Assembly (NCBI GenBank): GCA_002269645.1
Contig: NIVC01004233.1
Span: forward strand, 1 to 53,922
DNA from: Macrostomum lignano
Lineage: Eukaryota
DNA: 53,922 bases
Direction: 5' to 3'
Shown: piece after piece, positions 10,828-22,800 of the stretch
Numbering within the stretch: position 1 is the stretch's first letter
Layout: each line of letters opens with the position of its first letter
The notes under the pieces: generated by a model
Database searches by the model: none
What the model was told of the DNA's origin: nothing
Seen by the model: only the letters and a program-made list of their open reading frames with translations
Position numbers and translations under genes: made by a program

Positions 10828-13800
10828 GTAAGTATTTCTAGTAGATCTAAAAGTATTTTTTACTTCTAAAAAATACAATTATATAAAAATATGTACATAA
10901 AAATTTAAATCTAAGATAATGCTATTCCTATAATGCATTTACCCTCTTTTGAATCTTTGTAAAAGCTTTGCAATTCTTTACATAGCATGATTATTCTTGA
11001 GATTAATCTAGATTAGTCTTCATGTGCAATCATTCTATCTGAATCTGCTGTCTAGGTAGGTAAAGTCTAGATTGTGTATAGTGTGTGCTAGAACAAAAAT
11101 CCTATCTCAGAAGTTTTTAGCAATATTTTTTTAATAATTGATAAAATGTTTATTGTAAAACAACAAAAAATTATTATTGACTTTCTAGAATATACCAATT
11201 TTTGGTAATCTTCAAGAATCCTTTGCTAAACTTGAATTTGTGCAAAAATGTGTTTTAATACCAAAACAACAGGAAATAAAGTAATAAACTATGAACAAAA
11301 AGTTAAACTTATTAGTTAGTTTTTTTGAACTCAACAAGTCTATTTTAAGGGTAGGCCCAATAATGCCTTACAGTTCAGAAGGTAACATATACATATAACA
11401 AGCAAGGGTACCTGCCATTTTTGCATATATTAGAATGTATCTTAATATACAGGATAATAAAAGTAGTTGCCTGAAAGCATGCTCATATCTAACTTGCATT
11501 TAAATATAGACATGCCATAGTCCGGAAGGTGGCCTTTATGCCGGAATTTTCCGGCGTAATTTTGCACTCGCTGACAATCTTGGCATACATTTGGCGTATA
11601 GAATATTCAGGTTCAACATGAAGTGTAAACAACCGGCGTACAAGAAATAGAAAAGTTCAGGGCTGATGCAATCGTGTAGTTAAATATCAATTAACCAAAG
11701 CTCTTCTGAATATAAAGGGTTAACAAAACAGAAAATATTAACAAAATTTACAGAAAACAAAATTAAAACAAAGAATATTAGTTTTTAGAAAAAATCAGCC
11801 GTTTTCAAGTAAATAATTAATTTTAAGTTTTAAAAAATACAAATTCTTTAAAAAGTTGGCGTATAAACAACTTTTGACTTGGCGTAAAAATTTTTTGAAC
11901 TTTACGTCGGCGTAAAATTGAAAAGACACGAATTTTCACTCCGGCGTACGCCTGCCATGATCCGGACTATGGTAGGCATGGAATATATATTATATTTGCC
12001 TTCTACTGCTTTGAAGCACTTTACTTTAGGTAGATCTATTAGCTTAATATCAACACACTGTACAGGAAGCAGTTTTTCTTTCCATATATTCATTGTCATT
12101 TTTGCTATGTACATTATGCAAAAGGCCTAACACTGGATAGGCCCACACCTTATTTGGTATATTATCTTTTTGACTAACAAGCTCATTTTGATAATATGGA
12201 TAAATTGTCTTTGCTGATGTCAATTTGACTCTCCTTATACTATCAAGAGTACAATAAGCACTAGCATATTTTGGTACTTTATTTATCTTACAGTTTTTTT
12301 AGCATGAGGCTATCAATAATGCATTTTGGCTTTATTTTTAATCACCACCTCAACAAGTTTTCCTACCAAGGAAGAAGTAACTTAGTAAGTAAGCATTATT
12401 TTTTTGCTTTTTGAGAGACTTAAAGAGATACCTAAACCTGATGCTCTCCATTCATAATTGCTTCTTAGAAGATTCAGCAGAGTTGCAATTTTTTTTTTGC
12501 CATTTCAAGAATCAGGTCTTACTTTCTTCTAGTAGTTGTTAAACAACTTTGCCATCTTGATGACTTGTGAGAATCCAATCAAGTATAGTTTGTACTCTAG
12601 ACAGGGGTGCAGAATCTTAAAAAGTGGTATTTAATTGTGATTTCTTTCCAATTCTTTCTTTCTGCTTTCCCTTCAAGTTCTTCTTGATCCTGAGAAAGAG
12701 GAAAAAGTCAAAGGGCACAAGGTCTAGTGAGTAAACTGGATGTGGCAGCAACATCAGCTGAGTCAACTGGAGAAACTGCTAGGTCACCCTAGTGCAGTGC
12801 ATGGGTGCATTGTGATGTAGCAGAATCCCGCATTCTCTCATCTTTGGACGCTGCTGAGCAAGACTTTCAAGCACTTGCAGCAGACAGGCAGTTGAGTACC
12901 ATTCACCAGTCACTGTGGCGCCATCCTTGAGCAGCACAGGTGGCAGGATGCTGCATCATCTGAAGAAAACTGCCACCATGACTTTCTCAAAGCTTTGCAC
13001 GAAACTTGATGGGTGTGTCCTCTTGTGATCCACTGCTGGCTCTGCTCTTTGGTTTCTGGGTTGTAAAAGTAGACCCAGGGTTTGTCACCACCACCAGTGA
13101 TTTTGTTATTCACCAGTTTTGAAGCTCTTGGGTCAAACTTTTTGAACATGAAACTTGAGAACTTGACCTAAGCCTGCATCTGGTTTTGGTCCAAGTGGTA
13201 AGGGACCCAGTGCATAGACACCTTCCTCATGCCAAGGTGATTGTACAAGATGGAAACAATGCTTGAATCCAAAATCCCCACACTTTTCTCAAGCTTTCGA
13301 ACTGTTTGCATCTATCCTCATCTAGGAGCCTCTGGACAGCGGCCACAGTTGTGTTATTATTGGCCACATTTGGATGACCTTCCCAGCCATTGTCGTCCAA
13401 AGACATGGAGCCGCAGCAAAAGCAAGCAAACCACTTGTGGACCATCGTCAGAGATGGGGCTTCATCGCCAAGGGCCGCTTGAAGCATCTGCATGTACTTG
13501 AAAGCTGTTATGAACATGTGAGAGAAGTATTATGTCAAATTTTGTGTGAATTGGGCAAAGGGAAATGGGATTTTCCACAAATTTATTAAGCAGCCCTCTT
13601 ATGATTGTTTTCCATTGGTGAATATTGTTATATCATCACTAAAGATGTCAAAAACCTTCCTTGATGCTCCTCTGGCATTTTCTTGCACTAGTCAATCCTG
13701 ACCTATATTTGCTCCTATGATAGCAAATGGGGCACCCACCAAGTGCATAGCTTCTGCAGGCCTAGGTATTCATGCAGGATAGCACCTGTCCCAATTCAAT

Positions 13801-16800
13801 GCCTAATTGCAACTGTAACTCATTGTAGGTTATGTGCCTATGCTCATTTATTAGTCACTTGGCTTCATTGATATTGTGCTGGGTTATAGCTATCAAGGGC
13901 CAATTGTTGCAACCTTTATCACTCAGGCAGGTATACTATAAATGAAACTTGCAATACCAGTTGTACACAGTTGCTTGAGATAGAGACTTGTTAGGGAAGG
14001 CAGTTGCAAGCCAAGAAAAACATTCTGCTAGCATCGTTTTGCTAGCAAGATTTTCATTTTTAATATATAGGAGAAGGATTGCACAAAAATTGTGGTTTTC
14101 AAGCTCCATGACTTTTAGTATAAGGTGCCTATTTAATTAGGCTTTAACTCAGAGTATTTTGACACAATATAGACACAATATAGGATTACGCAAAAATTGT
14201 GATTTTCAAGCTCTATGACTTTTAGTATAAGGTGCCTATTTAATTAGGCTTTAACTCAGAGTTGGCTAAGGGATTGGCAATGAGACTTAAGCATTAATGG
14301 CAAATAATTTTGTCTATGGGTGAAAGCTGGTTAACAAAAATTGTTACTCTTTCCTTTCTATTCTAGACTTTTGGAGTGACTCATAGAAATTGCTTTTTGC
14401 AGCTTTGTTCTGTCTATTATGGTTCAAAAGTTATAAGTGCTTAAAGTTCAAAACATGATGGGACCCTCTTGTAGAATGACCCCATTACTAAAGGCATACA
14501 GAAATTGCTATTGAAACACAATGCCATAGTAGTCAATTTGACTACATATAGAATCAAATATTTTCATATTTGTGATCAGCTGTTTCATATTATGATTAAT
14601 ATCATCAGCTGGCCTCCAATTACAATTGATCTAGTCTTATGTTAGAAGAAGGCTACATATAAAAGCAATTTACTAGAAGCTAATCTTCCAAGCATTAATG
14701 TTTGCAAAAACAAGTTTGTCAACTATATCTCCAAGTAGGCAATTGGAGTAGCCAAGTAGCCAAGTAGGCAAAAGCCAAGGGCCTCTCATTCCACAAGTAG
14801 CAGGTAACTGCTAAGCTTTGGCACTTGTCCATTTCAGCCTGGACACCTCTCTTCACTTTTTCATAGAAGGAATCAAGAAGATTGTGATAAAAGTAAATGC
14901 TTTTAATGTGACACTATGGACAAGCTTCTTTTAGAAATTGATAAAAGCTATCACTTTCAACCATAGAGAATGGCTAAGAAATCAAGAGCAATAAATTCAA
15001 TAATGATTCTGTCAATTGTAATGGAGCAAGGATATGAGTCCTTCTATACTTCAGTTTGTGCCTTTGCAAAGAATATGTTTAGTTTTTGTTGCTCAAGTGG
15101 TAGACTAGTACTTGTAGCATTGTTCTTGCTCTTAAGCTTCCCATGCTCTGCATCAATTTTCTGCATTTCTTTAAATTTGTTAGGATGAAATGGCTCTAGA
15201 TGGCAGTGCATACTGCCAATTGAACCAGTGTTCTGCAGCACTTGCTTTCCATAGGCAGCATTTTTTCCAATTTCACAGAAAAAAAGACCAATTTTTATTT
15301 TGAAATGGGGGATAAATCTAGATAACTTGAGTTAGTGAGATAATGACTGCCAAATGTGATAATGCTAAGCATGAAAAAAATTGTTGAGGTAGGAAGATAT
15401 ATTTGTATATCCCCTAGTTAGGCAGTTAGGCTACTAATATGTTAAATAAATGATATTCTTAGAAATAGTTTTCTGTTTCATTGAATTCATTAGATTTCTA
15501 AATGTAAATTTGCTTCAAAAAGATATTGTGTTATAATTTATATAACTCATAATATCTCTTATTGCAAACACCCACAACAGGCAGACAAGGTAACTTACAA
15601 ACAATTTTAGCACATTTAAATTTGTTAACTTGGGAGTAGTGTCCATTTTGGCATGAATTTGGCAGGAATATAATTCAGATTTTGTATTACTATAAATATA
15701 AATTCACATTCACAATCATAATCATACTTGATGCTAAAAATTTCAAAAAAATTCATGCCCAACCAAAATTTTCTACTTGTCCAACCTCTAATTTTTGTAG
15801 AAAAAAGGAGTGGTAAACATACTAGCAACAAACAAAATAGTTATCAATCATCTTGATGCTAGGCCTAAATTAACTAGAACTATAAGATCATATTCCTATT
15901 ATAGCCAATGGCCATTATTATAGATAATGTCTAGCATGGATTAGTCCAGTAGTGTAGGCATAGTCTGGCACATTGACATGGTCTAGTATGAGAAATGGGA
16001 AAGATGTCCCGCATAGTTCAGGATTTGGCTGCCATAGAGGATCAAGTTAGAGAATAATTTTTTTGTTTCCTGGTTATTTCAATTTTTTATTAATCATGGT
16101 ATAGCCTATGATTTGGTTTTTAATAATTTTAATAACTTAGATTAATGATATATTTTATTGTGCATATATTAATTATAGTCTTTAAGAATTCAACTTCTAC
16201 TAATTACTGACTATGCCTAAAAACTATCATAGGCTATTCTTAAAAAGACTTGCAAGCATTGATGACTTTTTTTAAGATCAACTATGCAAAGAACAGAACA
16301 AAATATACATCATGTTGCTCAATTGGAAGTGTTGACTGTTCTAGTTCAATGAATAAAATGTCTACTACCCAAAGGTATGAAGCACTATGAAGCACCTAGT
16401 GAATCTGCACTCAGCTAAGGTCTAAGAAAAATATTCTGGCACCTTGCCTGACCTTCCAGATACTTTCTCAACAGAAGTGAGAGTAGTCCTTAAAAATGAG
16501 CTCAGAAAGAGTTTTCTGTTTTCTGTTTCATCTTTGCCAGTTTAGCATCAGCAACAGATGTCACAATGACATTTGTATCTTGAACTATAAGACTACAGAG
16601 CAATAACTGCTAGTCAGGCTCCAATGTTGGCTGAGCAACCAGACCCCCTGTTACACCAATATGAACAAGAGCCCACTTGTCTTCCTTGAGCATGGTTTGC
16701 ACTTGCAGAAGCTCTATGTGATCACTGCTGTATATTTATAATGTTGTTAGGATATAGCCAAAATTTTCTAAATACAGCCACCAGAAAATGTATGCATACT

Positions 16801-19800
16801 TGGCATTGAAACTTTTTATACTCAAGGATATATAGTGGGTTATTGTGCAGACAATCCTTTTTTCTTTCTCTATAGAATGCCTATGAATAGCTTTACTTAG
16901 CTGCAGGGCTGTCCTGGAGGGGACACAGCAGGAAGGCGTGGGCGCCCATTCTGCTAACTTATGAATGGCAAAAAGAGCATGTTTTGGCTCCAAACTGAGC
17001 AATAGATTTATCAAACTAGATTTAACACATAATTTTCTATAGTAGCCTTAACAAAAAACTGCAATGCCTCACTGGATACTTTTTGCCAGAGATAACACTA
17101 GTAGCAATAGTTGGATATTCAGCTTGAATTTGATATCAAAAGAACTATTTTCTCTCCAGTAGAAAATTTTACAGTATAATAAAATTCAAACATGACATGT
17201 GCTACTTTCAACACAGATTAGATGCATATAGTATACATTCCCACACTTGCATTTTGAACCTTGTGGTTTGAGGTGGGACTTGGTAATGGTCCTTTAGCAT
17301 TCTCTGTTCACATTGGCACTTGAACAAGCTGCAATTGGATTTAAGAAAGTGGCTTAAAAGAATAGGATATGTTTTTCTATAAACAATGTGTTTGATTACC
17401 AGAGATTTGATAGAGCTATTGTTATAATACTAAATATTTTATTCCTAATTATTTAAAAATTTGGGAATTGCTGAGCTGCTGTGGCTCATAAGAGAATATG
17501 AGATTAGGCTACTAAAATGTTTAAATTGTTTAAAACAAAAAAACATAACAATATCGGCAGGACTCGCCAGTTTGTTGGCCGTGTCCAGCACCTGGAATTT
17601 GATCTGCCGGCTGGTACCACCACTAGACAGCGCAGTCAGCAGCTTCAGGGCGGTTCCTCGTCTCGTCGACTGTTTGTTGCCACGGACCACAATGTGCTGG
17701 CCGCTATTGGGCTCAAGTCTAGTCGGATTATCTGGCGACACTTCTTAGAGGATGCCCCGGTTAATGGAATTAAACTCTGCGATGGAGGTACAGGCACCAG
17801 TGCTTGTTTTGCTTCGGAAAACAGCCAGAGACACTTTTAAGGACAATGGGATAGCTGGTAGAGACACTTCAAAGGACAGTGGGATGGCTGGTAGAGGCAC
17901 TTCAAAGGACAATGGGATAGCTGGTAGAGACATTCTGAAGAGAACCGGGACACACAAGAGGAGAATTATATCATCTTACCATTTTAACAGTTCAGCCTAA
18001 AAGAATAATCAAATCCCATTTATGATTTATTACTGCAGCTCTGTTCTCCATGTCAAACGGGCTGCTCCGCTCCTGGAGCACTAGCCGTGGAATTTTGAAT
18101 TACGAAATTTCCGTTCAAGAGCAGCTGGAAGCAAAATTTGCGTGAGTTATTTTTAAATTTATGGTTACTAAAATATGGGTATTATCCCATTTTTTCTAGT
18201 CAGTCATTTTTTTACATAAAAAATATATTAAATATAATACCATTTTCTAATAAGATTTTCGTTAGTATCCGATTATCCTTTATCAATATGCACTAATCCC
18301 TCAGCAAGATCCAATAATCCCTCAACAAGATTCGATAATCCCTCAGCAAGATCCGATAATCCCTCAAAAAGATTCGATAATCCCTCAGTAAAAACCGATA
18401 ATCCCTCAGCAAGATCCGATAATCCCTCAAAAAGATTCGATAATCCCTCAGCAAGATCCGATAATCCCTCAGCAAGATCCGATAATCCCTCAACAAGATT
18501 CGATAATCCCTCAACAAGATCCGATAATCCCTCAGCAAGATCCAATAATCCCTCAAAAAGATTCGATAATCCCTCAACAAGATCCGATAATCCCTCAGCA
18601 AGATCCGATAATCCCTCAACAAGATCCGATAATCCCTCAGCAAGATCCGATAATCCCTCAACAAGATCTGATAATCCCTCAGCAAAAACCGATAATCCCT
18701 CAGCAAGATCCGATATTCCCTCAACAAGATCCGATAATCCCTCAACAAGATCCGATAATCCCTCAAAAAGATTCGATAATCCCTCAACAAGATCCGATAA
18801 TCCCTCAGCAAGATCCAATAATCCCTCAAAAAGATTCGATAATCCCTCAACAAGATCCGATAATCCCTCAGCAAAAACCGATAATCCCTCAGCAAGATCC
18901 GATATTCCCTCAACAAGATCCGATAACCCCTCAACAAGATCGATAATCCCTCAGCAAGATCCGATAATCCCTCAGCAAGATCTGGTAATCCCTCAGCAAG
19001 ATCCGATAATCCCTCAGCAAGATCTGGTAATCCCTCACCAAGATTCCTTTATCCTTCGTGATGATTTGATAATCCTTAACGAATGTTCGCTGGCATTAAT
19101 AGAAATTCGATAATTTCGAGTTCCGAACTTTCGTCGCTATTGCTTATGTCGGTAGTCCAAATTCAGTTATACTCCAGTATATTAAAGCTCTCAAAAAACT
19201 TCTCTCCCCGCACACTCAACCAGCGGCAGCCTGGCCTGTCACGAGGATCCCGACGACGACCGGTCCCTTGTCTTCGCCAGCACAGCGCGTCGTCTGGTTG
19301 CCGTAGCGCCGCTAACTGGCGCGCTGGAATGGGCGGCCAATCTAGATGCTGGCTCTGGTGAAAACCAGTGAGTGGTGAACGAGAAAGATCTCCGTGTAGT
19401 TTTATTGATACTCGGTTTCTAATATAGATAGCGTTTTCCTGTGGTAATTTAAAGAGGATGCCAACCCTCAAGGCACAGAGAGTGTACATGGCCTAACCCC
19501 CTATCCACTCATCCAGTTCCGAGGTGACGTCATTCCCGAATCCGGACGGCTTGACCGTGGTGACCTTTGACCCGACGGCTGGCAAAATGCGCCTGCACCG
19601 ATTTGGCACCGAGAGCGGCGTTGCTAAGAGAACTGCCACTGTGAAGGCAGAGTGGCTGACCTCTCTGCAACGGTAAATCTTCACTGTTATGAGTACTAAT
19701 CTTAAAATCCCCATTTTCATGCCAAATCTCCCTATTTCCGATGACAATTAAATATCCCCATTTTCACTGACAATCAATTATCCCCATTTTCAATGATAAT

Positions 19801-22800
19801 CAATTGTCCCCATTTTCACTGACAATCAAATATCCCCATTTTCACTGACAATTAAATATCCCCATTTTCACTGACAATCAAATATCCCCATTTTCACTGA
19901 CAATTAAATATCCCCATTTTCACTGACAATCAAATATCCCCATTTTCACTGACAATCAATTATCCCCATTTTCACTGACAATCAAATATCCCCATTTTCA
20001 CTGACAATCAAATATCCCCATTTTCACTGACAATCAAATATCCCCATTTTCACTGACAATCAAATATCCCCATTTTCACTGACAATCAAATATCCCCATT
20101 TTCACTGACAATCAAATATCCCCATTTTCACTGACAATCAAATATCCCCATTTTCACTGACAATCAAATATCCCCATTTTCACTGACAATCAAATATCCC
20201 CATTTTCACTGACAATCAAATATCCCCATTTTCAATGACAATCAAATATCCCCATTTTCAATGACAATTAAATATCCCCATTTTCACTGACAATCAAATA
20301 TCCCCATTTTCACTGACAATCAAATATCTCCATTTTCACTGACAATCAAATATCCCTATTTTCACTGACAATCAAATATCCCCATTTTCAATGACAATCA
20401 AATATCCCCATTTTCAATGACAATCAATTATCCCCATTTTCACTGACAATCAAATATCCCCATTTTCAATGACAATCAAATATCCCCATTTTCAATGACA
20501 ATCAAATATCCCCATTTTCACTGACAATCAAATATCCCCATTTTCACTGACAATCAAATATCCCCATTTTCACTGACAATCAAATATCCCCATTTTCACT
20601 GACAATCAAATATCCCCATTTTCAATGACAATCAAATATCCCCATTTTCACTGACAATCAAATATCCCCATTTTCACTGACAATCAAATATCCCCATTTT
20701 CAATGACAATCAAATATCCCCATTTTCACTGACAATCAAATATCCCCATTTTCACTGACAATCAAATATCCCCATTTTCAATGACAATCAAATATCCCCA
20801 TTTTCAAGGTGCGCCATCTCTGTGAGCACACTGGCCTGTCTAGATCCCGCCGGCTCGATCAGGCTGCTCTCTCTATCCTCTGGCTCGGATTTTAAACCGG
20901 TAAAAGCCAATACAAATTAATAATTGTTTTTCGCACATTTCTACCTATAGTAGATGAAAAGCGCATGTTTTTTTATTTCAACCGCAGTTGCCGCCCAGCC
21001 TAGCGGAGCAGCTTGGCCACGCCGGGCCCTGGCAGTCGGTTGAAGAAATTGGCGGGCAGGATCTGTTCCAGCTGACTACTAATAGCGGCGCTGTTGTTGC
21101 TATGCTTGACGCGTCATTAGCAACCGGCCCGACTGGGGAATCGCTGCCAGCCGGCTCCCTGTTGCGCTATCGGGGCCAGGTTCGATTCCTGCTGAGACAG
21201 CAGGGCGACGGTGGCGGCGGCGTCACCCTCGAAGCGAGCTCGTCAAGCAGCTTAGTAGCTTCGAATAAAATCAGTCTGAGCTTTGCTAGTCATCACGGCC
21301 GAGTTTCTCAACTCTATCCGGTCACTTTTGTCCGCAAAGGCGGCAGCAGCTACGGCTATCGGGTTGTCATGACAACTAGGGACGCCGATTTGCACGCTTT
21401 CGACGATACTGGCGAAAGGCAATGGATGCGAGAGGAGTCCCTGGCGGGTATCGTGTCCGTGGAAGCTGTGGATCTGCCATCCGCTGATGAGGTGGGCTGA
21501 CTATCTTGCGAATCGCCCCTAGACTATGCTGAGAATCGCCCCTAGACTATGCTGAAAATCGCTCCTAGACTATGCTGAGAATCGCCCCTAGACTATGCTG
21601 AGAATCGCCCCTAGACTATGCTGAGAATCGCCCCTAGACTATGCTAAGAATCGCCCCTAGACTATGCTGAGAATCGCCCCTAGACTATGCTGAGAATCGC
21701 CCCTAGACTATGCTGAGAATCGCCCCTAGACTATGCTGAAAATCGCCCCTAGACTATGCTGAGAATCGCCCCTAGACTATGCTGAGAATCGCCCCTAGAC
21801 TATGCTGAGAATCGCCCCTAGACTATGCTGAGAATCGCCTCTAGACTATGCTGAGAATCGCCCCTAGACTATGCTGAGAATCGCCCCTAGACTATGCTGA
21901 GAATCGCCCCTAGACTATGCTGAAAATCGCCCCTAGACTATGCTGAGAATCGCCCCTAGACTATGCTGAGAATCGCCCCTAGACTATGCTGAGAATCGCC
22001 CCTAGACTATGCTGAGAATCGCCCCTAGACTATGCTGAGAATCGCCCCTAGACTATGCTGAGAATCGCCTCTAGACTATGCTGAGAATCGCCCCTAGACT
22101 ATGCTGAGAATCGCCCCTAGACTATGCTGAGAATCGCCCCTAGACTATGCTGAGAATCGCCTCTAGACTATGCTGAGAATCGCCCCTAGACTATGCTGAG
22201 AATCGCCCCTAGACTATGCTGAGAATCGCCCCTAGACTATGCTGAAAATCGCCCCTAGACTATGCTGAGAATCGCCCCTAGACTATGCTGAGAATCGCCC
22301 CTAGACTATGCTGAGAATCGCCCCTAGACTATGCTGAGAATCGCCCCTAGACTATGCTGAGAATCGCCCCTAGACTATGCTGAGAATCGCCTCTAGACTA
22401 TGCTGAGAATCGCCCCTAGACTATGCTGAGAATCGCCCTGAAGAGTTTGATCGAGTGGTGATCAGTCACTCGAAAACTCCCACTTCCAGACACTTAAGCC
22501 TATGAACAAAATCAGTGATCACTTACTGTGGTGGGCTCCTCTTCTTTGTCGCGCGTGTCCGTAGAGCTGTTCCTCCCGGGGTTGATTTTAGACTTCTTCT
22601 TGAAGTCGAAAATCAACCGAAAGCGAGAGCGTAACAACAAAATCGACGTCGCAGTATTTCCTCGAGTGCAGAAATCAATGTGTTCCTCGAGTGCAGAAAT
22701 CAATGTATTCCTCGAGTGCAGAAATCAATGTATTCCTCGAGTGCAGAAATCAATGTATTCCTCGAGTGCAGAAATCAATGTATTCCTCGAGTGCAGAAAT

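Noticed and set aside
16380-17030. Possible further transposon-derived coding remnant in intron 1
   Set aside because: No recognisable motif in any frame examined.
18273-18937. Leucine-zipper-like ORFs (DLAEGLS / LLRDYRI repeats)
   Set aside because: Antisense translations of the 21-bp intronic array.
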